DNA from: an uncultured Brachyspira sp.
GTDB lineage: Bacteria > Spirochaetota > JAAYUW01
Direction of reading: 5' to 3'
DNA: 64,000 nt
Assembly (NCBI GenBank): GCA_964581895.1
Contig: CAZOPR010000004.1
Coordinates: 170,517 to 234,516, forward strand
In this document: positions 27,245-38,080 of the stretch, piece by piece
Layout: the number at the start of each line of letters is the position of its first letter
Numbering within the stretch: the stretch's first letter is position 1
The notes under the pieces: model-generated
The model's input: only the letters and a program-made list of their open reading frames with translations
What the model was told of the DNA's origin: nothing
Database searches by the model: none
Position numbers and translations under genes: made by a program

Positions 27245-29281
27245 ATGAAAAAGTTGAAAGTTATACAATTAGATCCATATCTTGAACCACATGAAAATTT
27301 TATTAATGATTTACAAAATAAATATCTTGAGAGAAGGAAAAATTTACTTGAAAGCAGTATAAATGGAAATAAAAGCCTATCTGATTTTGCCAATGGTCAC
27401 CTTTATTTTGGTTTTCATTTTTCTCAAAATTCTTTAATATATAGGGAATGGGCTCCAAATGCTTATGCAGTTTATCTAACAGGAGATTTTTGCGATTGGG
27501 AAACAAAAAAGTACAGGTTAGAACCAGAGGGGAATGGGATCTGGCAGATAGAGTTACCATTGGAACTTTTTGATTTTAATAAATATAAAAATGGAATAAA
27601 GATAAAAGCATATCTTGTAACCTGTATTGGTCAACATTTTAGGATACCTCTTTATTCAAAATATGTAGTTCAGGATCCAGAAACAAAAGATTTTTCAACT
27701 TTACTTTTACCAGAAGAAAAAACATCAAATTTTAAGTGGAAAAGTGATATCAGTAAGATTAAAAAAGAGAAAAAAACAAAACCTTTACTTATCTATGAGG
27801 CACATGTAGGGATGGCTCAAGAAAAAGATGGGATTGGAACATATAAAGAATTTACTGAAAATATTTTACCGTATATAAAGGAAATTGGTTATGATGCTAT
27901 TCAACTTATGGGAATAATGGAACATCCATTTTATGGTTCATTTGGTTATCAGGTTTCCAATTTTTTTGCAATATCTTCAAGATTTGGCACTATTGATGAC
28001 TTAAAAGAATTAATAGATACTGCCCATTCATATGGCATTTTAGTTTTTCTTGATCTTGTTCATTCACACTGTGTAAAAAATATAAATGAAGGTATAAATT
28101 TGTTTGATGGAACCCAGACCCAGTTTTTTCATGCTGGAAGTAGGGGTATTCATCCAGTATGGGACTCCATGCTTTTTGATTATGGGAAAAATGAAGTCAT
28201 CCATTTTCTTTTGTCAAATATTAAATTTTGGTTAACAGAATATCATTTTGATGGATTTAGATTTGATGGGATTACATCCATGATATATACCCATCATGGC
28301 ATAGGTAAAGCCTTCACTTCTTATGATATGTATTTTAACAATGAAGTAGATAAAGATGCATTAATCTTTTTAAAGCTTGCAAATGATCTTATTCATGAAA
28401 TAGACCAATTTAATATTACAATAGCAGAGGATATGAGCGGATTTCCTGGAATGGCTTTAGACACAAAGGATGGAGGGATTGGATTTGATTTTAGACTGGG
28501 TATGGGGATTCCAGATTTTTTTGAAAGATATATTTCAAAAGTTTCAGATGAAGAATTGAACATTGAAGAACTCACTCATATACTAATGTCAAGAAGACCT
28601 GAAGAAAAGGTTATTGCATATTGCGAGTCACATGATCAGGCTATGGTTGGTGGCAAAACATTATTCTTTAGACTTGTGGATAAAGAAATATATAATGGAA
28701 TGCATATTGAAGATACAAATTTGATAATTGATAGGGGGATAGCTTTACATAAGATTTTTAGACTTTTAGTATTACTTTTACCAGGTCAGGGATATCTAAC
28801 TTTTATCGGGAATGAATGGGGACATCCAGAGTGGGTTGATTTTCCAAGGGAAGGGAATAACTTTAGTTTTAAGCATGCAAAAAGATTATGGTCATTATCC
28901 AAAGACGAAAAATTAAAATTTAAATTTTTGTTAAATTTTGAAAAAGAAATGATAAAGTTTTTCAAAGCAAAACATTATATTTTAATGAGCAAAATTGAAA
29001 ATCTTAATGTAAATAATAAAGATAAAATAATAACTTTTATTAAAGATGATATAATCTATGCTTTTAACTTAAACCCAAATATTAGCTTTGAAAATTTCAG
29101 GATAAAATCAGGGATAGCTACCAATTATTCACTTGTGTTTTCATCTGATGATAAAGATTTTGGTGGATTTGAAAGGGTAAATAAATCTATTTTATATCCA
29201 GTATTTGAAACTAAATATGGTCATGAAATTTCAATATATCTTCCTGCAAGAACCGCCCTTGCCTTTGAAAAAGTAAAATAA
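27245..29281 (+). CDS. glgB: 1,4-alpha-glucan branching enzyme (GH13)
   Basis: IYEAHVGM, DGFRFDGITSMIY, CESHDQA (GH13 conserved regions). Confidence 0.85.
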   Translation: MKKLKVIQLDPYLEPHENFINDLQNKYLERRKNLLESSINGNKSLSDFANGHLYFGFHFSQNSLIYREWAPNAYAVYLTGDFCDWETKKYRLEPEGNGIWQIELPLELFDFNKYKNGIKIKAYLVTCIGQHFRIPLYSKYVVQDPETKDFSTLLLPEEKTSNFKWKSDISKIKKEKKTKPLLIYEAHVGMAQEKDGIGTYKEFTENILPYIKEIGYDAIQLMGIMEHPFYGSFGYQVSNFFAISSRFGTIDDLKELIDTAHSYGILVFLDLVHSHCVKNINEGINLFDGTQTQFFHAGSRGIHPVWDSMLFDYGKNEVIHFLLSNIKFWLTEYHFDGFRFDGITSMIYTHHGIGKAFTSYDMYFNNEVDKDALIFLKLANDLIHEIDQFNITIAEDMSGFPGMALDTKDGGIGFDFRLGMGIPDFFERYISKVSDEELNIEELTHILMSRRPEEKVIAYCESHDQAMVGGKTLFFRLVDKEIYNGMHIEDTNLIIDRGIALHKIFRLLVLLLPGQGYLTFIGNEWGHPEWVDFPREGNNFSFKHAKRLWSLSKDEKLKFKFLLNFEKEMIKFFKAKHYILMSKIENLNVNNKDKIITFIKDDIIYAFNLNPNISFENFRIKSGIATNYSLVFSSDDKDFGGFERVNKSILYPVFETKYGHEISIYLPARTALAFEKVK

Positions 29282-29284
29282 AAA

Positions 29285-29312
29285 AGGACTGTCAAAATTA
29301 ATGACAGCCCTA
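29285..29312. terminator. Stem-loop between convergent glgB and groES, putative bidirectional terminator
   Basis: GGACTGTCA...TGACAGCCC inverted repeat followed by a T/A-rich run. Confidence 0.4.
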
Positions 29313-29337
29313 AAATTAATTTTTTAATATTTTTTAA

Positions 29338-29604
29338 TTATTTTTCAACAATAGCAAGAATATCATTGTTTTTAAGAATAAGGTAATCCTGTTCGTCAAT
29401 CTTAAGAGAAGTACCAGCATATTTGTCGTAAATAATTTTGTCTCCAACTTTTACTTTTATCTGATCACTATCACCAATGGCTTCTACTAAACCTTCCTGA
29501 GTTTTTTCTTGAGCTGTTTGAGGAAGGAAAAGTCCACCTTTAGTTTTTTCTTCTGGCGGTAATACTTTAACTAAAATCCTATCATTTAATGGTTTAATTT
29601 TCAT
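29338..29604 (-). CDS. groES: co-chaperonin GroES
   Basis: MKIKPLNDRILVKVLPPEEKTKGGLFLP...VGDKIIYDKYAGT. A GGAGGA RBS lies upstream. No groEL follows on this strand. Confidence 0.9.
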   Translation of the reverse strand: MKIKPLNDRILVKVLPPEEKTKGGLFLPQTAQEKTQEGLVEAIGDSDQIKVKVGDKIIYDKYAGTSLKIDEQDYLILKNNDILAIVEK

Positions 29605-29676
29605 CTTATCCTCCTAGGAATCATATAATCTTTTATAAAATATACAAAATTCTTAGCACAAAAGTCAATATTTTTT

Positions 29677-31242
29677 TTAATATTTAAATCCAGTAACAAA
29701 AAATAAGGATTCTACGATATCTTCTTTAGTTATCTCATTATGATCTTCAATATCTGCAATTGTTCTAGCAACTTTTATGACCTTTTCTACTTTTCTAAAA
29801 GATTGCCCAATTTTTTTCATTATTTCAAATAAATAGGTTTCAAGTTCACTATCCAGGTGAATATATTTTTTGATTTCAGTTTTATAAATCTTTCCATTAA
29901 AAGCAAAATCAGAACCAATAAATCTATAAAATTGTTTTTCAAAAGCTTTAATAACAAGTTTTCTCATTGAGTTTGTATCAATATTATTACTATCTTTAAT
30001 AGATTCATCAGAGGCAGTTAATGTAATATCTATCCTATCTTTTAATGCATTAGAAATATGAGATAAAAAAAGATTTCTTTGCTCTTCTGTGCAAGTACAT
30101 ACTCTTTTTAATGAACCAAAATTTCCACAAGCGCAAAGATTGCTAATCAAAAATAAGATAAAAGAGGATGGTAATGTTACTTTATATTTAGACCTTGATA
30201 TTGTTACCTTTTGTTCTTCAAATGGTTCTCTGAGGCTTTCAAGTACTTTTTTATTGAAAAGATTGATTTCATCAAGGACAAGAACACCATGATGGGCAAG
30301 AGAAACCTCCCCTATCGAAAGAGGTGTTCCCCCACCAATCATCGATATGATAGTAGAACTATGATGAGGATTTCTATAAGGTCTAGTAGTTTGATTAACA
30401 TCAAAAGGAATATTGTATTGGGAATAAAGGTCGATCAATTCATATTGTTCTTTTCTAAGAAGTGGTGGTAGTATATCTTTGAACATAATTGAAAGTAAAG
30501 TCTTACCTGTTCCAGATGGACCAAGAAGATATATGGAATGAAAACCGCTGGCAGATATAAGTAGAGCTCTTTTTAACAACAAACCACCTTTGTAATCCTT
30601 AAAATCATACTCTATGTTATTATCAAAAAAATTATTTGAAATAAAGCTATCCTTAAATGTTGTTTTTGTAATATAAAAGTTTTTATTTTCATTAATTTTT
30701 TCTTGTTCAACATTATTTTTATTTTTACTCCTATTTTGAAAATTTCTCATTAATATATCCCAACTATCAGATAAGCTTTTAACTTTATTTATAGAAATAG
30801 GTATAGATAAATTTGTTGGTATTTTTTCATCTGGAATTAAGCAGCTTTTAAAGCCAAATGACCTTGCTCTTAAAATATGTGGAATGACAGAATGGTTTAC
30901 TTTAGTTTGTCCTGAAAGAGATAGTTCCCCAAGAATTAATATATCGTCAATCCTAAAACTGATATTGTGTATTGCAGCAATTATGGCTATGGCTAAAGGA
31001 AGATCAAATAGGTTGGTATTCTTTTTTATATCAGAAGGTATGAGATTTATAAGAATTTTATTTGTAAATGAGATATCAAAGGCATTCCTGATAGCTTGTC
31101 TTACTCTAATAGCACTTTCTTCAATGATTTTCCCAGCTCTACCAGAAAAGACAATACCAGGAATACCTGGCGCCGAATCGCACTCTATCTCTACTATATG
31201 ACTTATCCCTTCTTCAATATAAAGAGTCCTTATTAGAATCAT
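29677..31242 (-). CDS. comM: YifB/ComM-family Mg-chelatase-like AAA+ ATPase
   Basis: N-terminal Lon-like region (AIAIIAAIHN); Walker A LLGPSGTGKT; VLVLDEINLF. It contains an N/K-rich low-complexity insert of about 60 aa. Confidence 0.8.
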   Translation of the reverse strand: MILIRTLYIEEGISHIVEIECDSAPGIPGIVFSGRAGKIIEESAIRVRQAIRNAFDISFTNKILINLIPSDIKKNTNLFDLPLAIAIIAAIHNISFRIDDILILGELSLSGQTKVNHSVIPHILRARSFGFKSCLIPDEKIPTNLSIPISINKVKSLSDSWDILMRNFQNRSKNKNNVEQEKINENKNFYITKTTFKDSFISNNFFDNNIEYDFKDYKGGLLLKRALLISASGFHSIYLLGPSGTGKTLLSIMFKDILPPLLRKEQYELIDLYSQYNIPFDVNQTTRPYRNPHHSSTIISMIGGGTPLSIGEVSLAHHGVLVLDEINLFNKKVLESLREPFEEQKVTISRSKYKVTLPSSFILFLISNLCACGNFGSLKRVCTCTEEQRNLFLSHISNALKDRIDITLTASDESIKDSNNIDTNSMRKLVIKAFEKQFYRFIGSDFAFNGKIYKTEIKKYIHLDSELETYLFEIMKKIGQSFRKVEKVIKVARTIADIEDHNEITKEDIVESLFFVTGFKY

Positions 31243-31436
31243 ATTTCCCTCATTTTAGCAAAAAATATTTTCTAAATTGATATTTGACAATAATTTTATT
31301 TAATACTGGTTATCATTACTTCTCAATAATTAAATAGTAAAAAATTGAAGATATATTACAAATAAAATTCCAATTTTGACAATTTTTTTGAATGAATTAA
31401 TTTGATTTGGTTAAATGAAAATATAAATTAAAGGAC

Positions 31437-32861
31437 ATGGTTATAATCTCAAATATAGAAAATATCCTGGCAAAACTTTTACTTGTTATTAATTCTGATG
31501 AAAATAATGAGATAATTAAAATATTAAGAAAGATTGAAGATGCTGGATTTAAAGCATATTTAGTCGGTGGTTATATTAGAGATATAATTTTAGATAGGAA
31601 ATCAGAACCTATAGATGTTGATATTGCTACAGATGCTCATCCAGAAGATATTTTAAATCTTTTCAATAAAGTAATCCCAACAGGTATAAAGCATGGTACT
31701 GTAACAGTTTTAGGGACAAAAAATAAATATGAAATCACTACTTTTAGAATTGATGAACAGTATTATGATTTAAGACATCCAGAAAAAGTTCAGTATGTAT
31801 CAGATATACATCAAGACCTATCAAGAAGGGATTTTACTATTAATGCCCTTGCTTTCAATCCTTTAACTAAAGAGTTAATTGATGATTTTGGAGGGATTGA
31901 AGATATCCAGAGAAGAATAATTAGAACAGTTGGTGATGCTCAGGCAAGATTTCAAGAAGATGCTCTAAGAATGCTTAGAGCCATAAGATTCTCTTCAAAC
32001 CTGCTGTTTGAGATAGAGGAAGAAACCTTAAAGCAAATAAGAAAAAATTCAGAACTTTTGCGAAACATCTCTAAAGAAAGAATTAGAGATGAATTTAATA
32101 GACTTATTTTATCTGATAAACCTTCTTTTGGAATCGAACTTTTAAGGCAGTCCAATATATTAAATATAATGATTCCATCCTTATTAAATTGTTATGGTGA
32201 ACAACAAAATGATTTTCATCTTCATGATGTGTATTATCATCTTATTTATAGTTGTGATGCAGCACCTAAAGATATAGTTCTAAGAATCGCAGCATTATTC
32301 CATGATATAGGAAAACCAATATCTTTATCTGAATGTAAACAAAAAGGAATTAAAGAAAATGCATTTTATAATCATGAAGTCTATTCAGAGCAGATAGCTA
32401 AGGATTTCCTAACTGAATATAGGTATTCTAAAAATGAAATTCAGATAATTACAAAACTTATAAGAAATCATATGTTTCATTACACTTCTTCCTGGACAGA
32501 TGGAGCGGTGAGAAGGTTTGTAGCAAGAGTGGGTGAAGATTTTATTCCTTTACTTTTTGCATTAAGAGTTGCAGATAGAATAGGAAATGGCAAGAATTTC
32601 GGTTATCCAAAAATCTTAATTAATTTCTGGGATAAAATTCAACAGGTGATAAATGAAAATCATGCCTTAAAAATAACTGATCTTGCTATAAATGGAAATG
32701 ATATAATGGAAAGATATAACTTAAAACCATCTAAATTAGTGGGAAAGATACTTAACCAGCTTTTGGAATATGTTTTAGATGACCATTCTGTAAATACTAA
32801 AGAGAAGTTATTTGAACTTGCTGATATTGTTTTTGAAAAAACTAAAATGGATGAACAATGA
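31437..32861 (+). CDS. cca: CCA-adding tRNA nucleotidyltransferase with HD domain
   Basis: GGYIRDIIL...DVDIATDA, RRDFTINALAF, and a C-terminal HD region LFHDIGKP. Confidence 0.8.
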   Translation: MVIISNIENILAKLLLVINSDENNEIIKILRKIEDAGFKAYLVGGYIRDIILDRKSEPIDVDIATDAHPEDILNLFNKVIPTGIKHGTVTVLGTKNKYEITTFRIDEQYYDLRHPEKVQYVSDIHQDLSRRDFTINALAFNPLTKELIDDFGGIEDIQRRIIRTVGDAQARFQEDALRMLRAIRFSSNLLFEIEEETLKQIRKNSELLRNISKERIRDEFNRLILSDKPSFGIELLRQSNILNIMIPSLLNCYGEQQNDFHLHDVYYHLIYSCDAAPKDIVLRIAALFHDIGKPISLSECKQKGIKENAFYNHEVYSEQIAKDFLTEYRYSKNEIQIITKLIRNHMFHYTSSWTDGAVRRFVARVGEDFIPLLFALRVADRIGNGKNFGYPKILINFWDKIQQVINENHALKITDLAINGNDIMERYNLKPSKLVGKILNQLLEYVLDDHSVNTKEKLFELADIVFEKTKMDEQ

Positions 32862-34663
32862 AAAAATCAATAGATCTTTCTAATCTTGATTTAAAAGATT
32901 CTATTAAAGAAAAGATTGGCTATTATCTATTATACTCAAAAGATACCGACAAAGAAAAGATAAGAAATGCTATTGATGATAATGATTTAGTCTTATTGAA
33001 AAAATGGTTTTCATCTGATCTTGAATTTGGTACAGGTGGGTTAAGAGCTATAATGGATATTGGTAGTTCTTTTTTAAATGAAGTAACAATATCAAAAGCA
33101 GTATATGCAACCCTAACCTTTTTTAGTAGAGAGATTGATAAATCTTTTAAAAAATCTTTTGGTAAAAAATTTGACGAACAAAAAAATAGTTTAAAAAAAT
33201 CTATCTGTATTTCATATGATACAAGAAAAAATTCAGATAATTTTGCAAAAATTTCTGCAATAATTGCCGTCAAAAAAGGTTTTTATGTTTATATCGTAAA
33301 AGATCCTATGCCGACACCATTTTTATCCTTTCTTGTAAGAGAAACAAATAGTTGTTGTGGAATAATGATAACAGCCTCCCATAATCCGAAAAATTACAAT
33401 GGCTTCAAGGTTTATGATGAAACAGGCTGTCAGATATTGTCAGATAAGGCAGACAAGATTATTGAGATTTATAATTCTAATATAGAAATGGAAAAGATAG
33501 ATCTTGATGATTTTGATAGTTTAATGGATAAAAAAAGAATTGAATATGTAAAAGATAGTTTTATTGAAAGATTTGTTGATAGTATTTGCAAAATAAAATA
33601 TAATAAAAATCTACAAGATAATAAAAGGCTACTTAATGTAGTATATTCAAGCCTTCATGGAACTGGAATAAATATATTTAAAAAGTTAGAAGAAAAAATA
33701 GGTTTTAATATCTTTTATGTTGAATCTCAGATAACAATGGATAAAGATTTCCCTAATGTAAAATCATTGAATCCAGAAAACTTAGAAAGTTTAGACCAAG
33801 CATTAGAAATTGCAAAGAAAAAGAATTCAGAATTGATTATAATTACAGACCCTGATGCTGATAGGGTAAGATTCGCATTTTATGACGAAGATCAATACTT
33901 TATCCCTTCTGGAAATGAAATAGCAATAATGTTGTTTTATTATATCTGTTCTCAGGTTAGGTTAAGTGAAATAGAACCGTCTATGAAAAAACAGAGTGAT
34001 AAAGATTATTATGCTGTGACTACAATAGTTACAAGTGATCTTTTTGAAATAATTGGAAGATACTTTGGAGTTGAAGTAATTAAAACATTAACAGGATTTA
34101 AATATATAGGAGAGCAGTTAAATAAAAATGAAAATAAAAAATTTCTTTTTGCTGCTGAAGAAAGCTGTGGATATCTTGCAACTAGCATTTTAAGAGATAA
34201 AGATGCTTTTTCAATGATTGTAATTGTTCTTGAATTTGTTGCTTATCTGAAAAGCCAAAAGATTTTCGCAAAAAAATTTTTGAAAAAAATTTATGACCAA
34301 TTTGGTTATTACTTGAATGATTTAGTTTATATAGATTTTTCTGGAAAAATGGACAAAAATCTAATAAAAAAAATAATGAGTTATTTAAGAGAAAATCCAC
34401 TCGAAGCCTTATCTGGTTTTAAGATAAGAAAGATTTTTGATTTTGAAAATAAGATAGAATCATTTTATAAATCAGATTTATTACAATATATTGGTGAAAA
34501 TTTTAAAATAACAGTTAGACCTTCAGGGACAGAACCTAAATTAAAGTTATATTTTCAGGTTGTATCTCATAGCGAAAGTAAAAGCAAAGAAATACTTGAA
34601 ACTTTTAAAAACTTCTTTATCAATCTAATTAAAACCGAATGTTTAAATCATATTGGGAGTTAA
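32858..34663 (+). CDS. phosphoglucomutase/phosphomannomutase-family phospho-sugar mutase
   Basis: TASHNPKNYNGFKV active-site serine loop. Its start overlaps the cca stop by 4 nt. Confidence 0.8.
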   Translation: MKKSIDLSNLDLKDSIKEKIGYYLLYSKDTDKEKIRNAIDDNDLVLLKKWFSSDLEFGTGGLRAIMDIGSSFLNEVTISKAVYATLTFFSREIDKSFKKSFGKKFDEQKNSLKKSICISYDTRKNSDNFAKISAIIAVKKGFYVYIVKDPMPTPFLSFLVRETNSCCGIMITASHNPKNYNGFKVYDETGCQILSDKADKIIEIYNSNIEMEKIDLDDFDSLMDKKRIEYVKDSFIERFVDSICKIKYNKNLQDNKRLLNVVYSSLHGTGINIFKKLEEKIGFNIFYVESQITMDKDFPNVKSLNPENLESLDQALEIAKKKNSELIIITDPDADRVRFAFYDEDQYFIPSGNEIAIMLFYYICSQVRLSEIEPSMKKQSDKDYYAVTTIVTSDLFEIIGRYFGVEVIKTLTGFKYIGEQLNKNENKKFLFAAEESCGYLATSILRDKDAFSMIVIVLEFVAYLKSQKIFAKKFLKKIYDQFGYYLNDLVYIDFSGKMDKNLIKKIMSYLRENPLEALSGFKIRKIFDFENKIESFYKSDLLQYIGENFKITVRPSGTEPKLKLYFQVVSHSESKSKEILETFKNFFINLIKTECLNHIGS

Positions 34664-34664
34664 A

Positions 34665-35723
34665 ATGAAAATATTGGTGGTGAATCCAGGCTCTACATCT
34701 ACAAAAGTTGCTATCTATGAAAATGAAGTTCTATTATACGAAGAAAATATCAAACATCCTAAAGAACAACTTAATGGTTTAAAAAAACTATCTGATGAAC
34801 TACCCATAAGAAAAAAAGCTATAGAAGAGTTTTTGCAGAAAAAAGAATATAATCTTATTTCTTTTGATGCTTTTGCAGGAAGAGGTGGTCCATTAAAACC
34901 ACTCAAAGCTGGGGTTTACAAGGTTACAAAAAAGATAGTTGATGATATAAATAATGGTAATTATCAGACCATGCATGCTTCCCTTTTAGGTTCATTAATA
35001 ACATATGATTTTTCTCAAGCTACAGGAAAACCTGCTTTTATAGTTGATCCAATTTCCACAGACGAAATGGCAGATATTGCGAGAATTACTGGACATCCAA
35101 AGATAAAATTTGCGGCTTTGACTCATGCTTTAAATGTTAGAGCATGTGCAAGAAAAACAGCAAAAGATTTAGGCTTGGATTTTTTTAACTCAAATTTCAT
35201 TGTAGCCCACCTTGGTGGCGGAATTTCGATTAATGCAGTTTCGAATGGGAAAATTATAGATGTTTTAGAAGGAAGACAAACAGGTCCATTTTCACCAACC
35301 TCATCTGGTGTACTTCCTGTTAAATCAGTTGTTAAATTGATAATGAAAGGGGAGTTAAAAATAGAAGAAGTAGAAGATCTGTTTTCAAAAAATGGAGGCT
35401 TAACAGCTTATTTTGGAACAGATGATGTAAAGGAACTGCTTGAAAAAGCAAAGTCTGATGAATATGTTAAGCAGATTCTTGAAGCCATGTGTTTTCAGAT
35501 AGCCAAAGCAATAAATGCTCAAAAGACAATACTAAAAGGGGTTTATGATTGCATTATTATAACAGGAGGTCTTGCTAAATCTGAAATTATATTAGAATGG
35601 ATAAAAAAATGGCTACCTTCAAATGAAAAATATCATATTATCCCTGGAGAACATGAAATGGAAGCTCTGGCTTTAGGAGTTTTAAGAGTTTTAAATAAAG
35701 AAGAGGAAGTTCTTGAATATTAA
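34665..35723 (+). CDS. buk: butyrate kinase
   Basis: MKILVVNPGSTSTKVAIYENE is the acetate/butyrate kinase N-terminus. The approximately 353-aa length and the HLGGGISI motif fit Buk. The start at 34665 follows the pgm stop at 34663. Confidence 0.75.
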   Translation: MKILVVNPGSTSTKVAIYENEVLLYEENIKHPKEQLNGLKKLSDELPIRKKAIEEFLQKKEYNLISFDAFAGRGGPLKPLKAGVYKVTKKIVDDINNGNYQTMHASLLGSLITYDFSQATGKPAFIVDPISTDEMADIARITGHPKIKFAALTHALNVRACARKTAKDLGLDFFNSNFIVAHLGGGISINAVSNGKIIDVLEGRQTGPFSPTSSGVLPVKSVVKLIMKGELKIEEVEDLFSKNGGLTAYFGTDDVKELLEKAKSDEYVKQILEAMCFQIAKAINAQKTILKGVYDCIIITGGLAKSEIILEWIKKWLPSNEKYHIIPGEHEMEALALGVLRVLNKEEEVLEY

Positions 35724-35911
35724 TTTATATGTAAATATTGACTTATATTTGAATATTAACTTTTAAAAATTAACTTATAAAACAAATGTAAAAAAAAGTA
35801 TGTGAAAACTAAAATTGAGATTTTCAAAACTAAAAAATTAAATTAAGGAAGATTATTTTTATCATATAAACTTATATAAAATAAATTGAGGGAAAACTTA
35901 AGGTAAAAGAT

Positions 35912-37153
35912 ATGAAAAAAGGATTATTTAAGGCTTTATCAGATAGAGGTTTTATTGAACAGATAACTGACGATAAAATAGAGCAAATTTTAGATAATCA
36001 AGAAGTAAAATGCTACATTGGATTTGATCCGACAGCTTCTTCTTTACATATAGGAAGCTTAGAACCGATTATGCTACTAAAATGGTTTGAAATATATGGG
36101 CATAAGCCTATTGCTGTTATAGGCACCGGGACAGCAATGGTTGGGGATCCTTCAGGTAAAAGCGAAATGCGTAAAATGATGACTAAAGAAAAGATATTTG
36201 AAAATGCTAAGGGTTTAAGGAAAAACCTTGCTCAATTTTTACATCTAACTGAAACAGAACATCAAAGTGGACAAACGAAAGTTAGATACAATAGCGATTG
36301 GCTTTTACCTTTGAATTATATCGATTTTATAAGAGATATTGGAGTACATTTCTCTGTTAATAGAATGTTATCATATGAATCATATAAGATAAGAATGGAA
36401 AAAGGATTATCATTTTTAGAGTTTAATTATCAGGTTATGCAGGCATATGACTTTTTAAAACTTTTTGAGCAAGAAGGTTGTATAATGCAAATGGGTGGTG
36501 CAGATCAATGGGGGAATATAGTGGCAGGAATTGATCTGATCCGAAGAGTTCATGGTAAAGAAGCATTTGCTTTTACCGCACCACTTATAGTTGCTTCAAA
36601 TGGTGAAAAAATGGGGAAAACAGCTGGAAATGCGGTATGGATAGATAAAGATTTATTAAAACCTTATGATTATTATCAGTATTGGATAAATGTAGACGAT
36701 AAGGATGTGAAAAGATTCTTAAAACTTTTTACTTTGCTTGATTTAAATTATATTGAAGATATTACAAAAGAAGATAAAAATATAAATGAAGCTAAAAGAA
36801 TTCTTGCATTTGAAACCACAAAATTGGCTCATGGGGAAGATGAAGCTAAAAAGGCAAGCAAAGGGGCAAAAATCTTTACAAAAGAAGTAAATGATGAAGT
36901 ACTCGATTTGATTCCAAACTTTGATTATGAAAAAAGTAAAGGTAACATGATTGAACTATCACATCTTTTAGTTGAATCGGAACTTTGTTCCTCAAAAAGT
37001 GAAGCAAAAAGATTGATAGAGCAAAAAGGTGTTTCAATAGACGATAAAATAATTGAAGATATTAAATATCAAATTTTAATAGATAAATTAGAAAAAAGTT
37101 ATATACTAATTCGTGTAGGAAAGAAAAAGATAAAGAAAATTAATTTTGTGTAA
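35912..37153 (+). CDS. tyrS: tyrosine--tRNA ligase
   Basis: HIGSL (HIGH-type) motif, KMGKT (KMSKS) motif, and a C-terminal S4 domain. Confidence 0.9.
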   Translation: MKKGLFKALSDRGFIEQITDDKIEQILDNQEVKCYIGFDPTASSLHIGSLEPIMLLKWFEIYGHKPIAVIGTGTAMVGDPSGKSEMRKMMTKEKIFENAKGLRKNLAQFLHLTETEHQSGQTKVRYNSDWLLPLNYIDFIRDIGVHFSVNRMLSYESYKIRMEKGLSFLEFNYQVMQAYDFLKLFEQEGCIMQMGGADQWGNIVAGIDLIRRVHGKEAFAFTAPLIVASNGEKMGKTAGNAVWIDKDLLKPYDYYQYWINVDDKDVKRFLKLFTLLDLNYIEDITKEDKNINEAKRILAFETTKLAHGEDEAKKASKGAKIFTKEVNDEVLDLIPNFDYEKSKGNMIELSHLLVESELCSSKSEAKRLIEQKGVSIDDKIIEDIKYQILIDKLEKSYILIRVGKKKIKKINFV

Positions 37154-37185
37154 ATTTATAAAAAATAAAAAGGCAGGAGTATAAT

Positions 37186-37353
37186 ATGATTTATATAGAT
37201 AAAGAATGCCTTAGATGTAACGCTTGCGTTGTAGTATGTCCATTTGAAGCTATAGAAGAAGGAGATCCTATTTACAAAATCATAGAATCCAAATGCACAT
37301 CCTGTGAAAAATGCATTCCAATCTGCCCTGTAAAGGCTATAAAGAAAAAATAA
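37186..37353 (+). CDS. small 2x[4Fe-4S] ferredoxin (55 aa). It is below the ORF-track length cutoff.
   Basis: Translation MIYIDKECLRCNACVVVCPFEAIEEGDPIYKIIESKCTSCEKCIPICPVKAIKKK has two CxxCxxCxxxCP motifs. An AGGAG RBS lies at 37175-37179. Confidence 0.75.
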   Translation: MIYIDKECLRCNACVVVCPFEAIEEGDPIYKIIESKCTSCEKCIPICPVKAIKKK

Positions 37354-37429
37354 AAATTATTATATTCATTTAGATCTGATGCAAAATAGTTAATGTAAAG
37401 AAGCTTAAGAAAAAATAGAAGAGGGGAAA

Positions 37430-37978
37430 ATGAGATCTATAATAGAACAATATGCTAAAGATTTAACTACTGGGAGACTAACCTATTCATTCGACCATCT
37501 ATCAAGAGTTTATTTTTATGCAAAAAAACTGAGCGACAATTATGATGACCAGGTTTTACATGCAGCTTGTTTTTTATATAAAATTATTTTGGGTAAAAAC
37601 TCAAAGCAGGATTCTGCAGATAGAGCAGCTCAGATACTTTCAGAAACTGGATTTCCTGTAGGTAAGATTCAAAAAGTTGTTGAAGCGATATTGAATAGCG
37701 ATATAGATGATAAACCCGAGACTATTGAAGGGAAATTGCTTCATGATGCAATAATCATAGATAGCCTTGGTGCAATTGGGTTTGCAAGATTTTCTATAGG
37801 TTCTTTTTTCTGGGACAAACCAAATAAAATAGATGAAATTTATCAAAACTATAAAAATTTTGTTGATAAAGTTAGAGAATCATTTGCATTACCAGAAGCA
37901 AAAGAATATAGCAAATCAAGGATTGAATTTTCACAGAAGATACTTCAGAACTTTTATGATGAATTAGAAGAAGAATAA
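37430..37978 (+). CDS. HD-domain phosphohydrolase
   Basis: HAACFLYKI ... LHDAIIIDSLG fits the HD-superfamily pattern. Confidence 0.65.
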   Translation: MRSIIEQYAKDLTTGRLTYSFDHLSRVYFYAKKLSDNYDDQVLHAACFLYKIILGKNSKQDSADRAAQILSETGFPVGKIQKVVEAILNSDIDDKPETIEGKLLHDAIIIDSLGAIGFARFSIGSFFWDKPNKIDEIYQNYKNFVDKVRESFALPEAKEYSKSRIEFSQKILQNFYDELEEE

Positions 37979-38080
37979 AAATAATTTATGAAAAGAATAA
38001 AACAATATTAAAATAAAATAATATTAATTTGAATTAAAATAAATCTATAATTAATAGTTAAAAGGATAAAGGTAATAAAT

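Noticed and set aside
29605-29680. CIRCE/HrcA operator upstream of groES
   Set aside because: Only a GTGCTAA half-site is present. There is no TTAGCACTC-N9-GAGTGCTAA inverted repeat. A sigma70-like TTGACT/TATATT pair is more plausible.
35724-35911. T-box riboswitch upstream of tyrS
   Set aside because: The leader is only about 190 nt and lacks the conserved T-box sequence (AATTAGGGTGGNACCGCG-like) and specifier-loop architecture.
37979-38080. Possible separate promoter or attenuator between the HD-domain gene and kal
   Set aside because: The short AT-rich gap has no clear hairpin or -35/-10 pair. It cannot be distinguished from an ordinary intercistronic spacer by eye.
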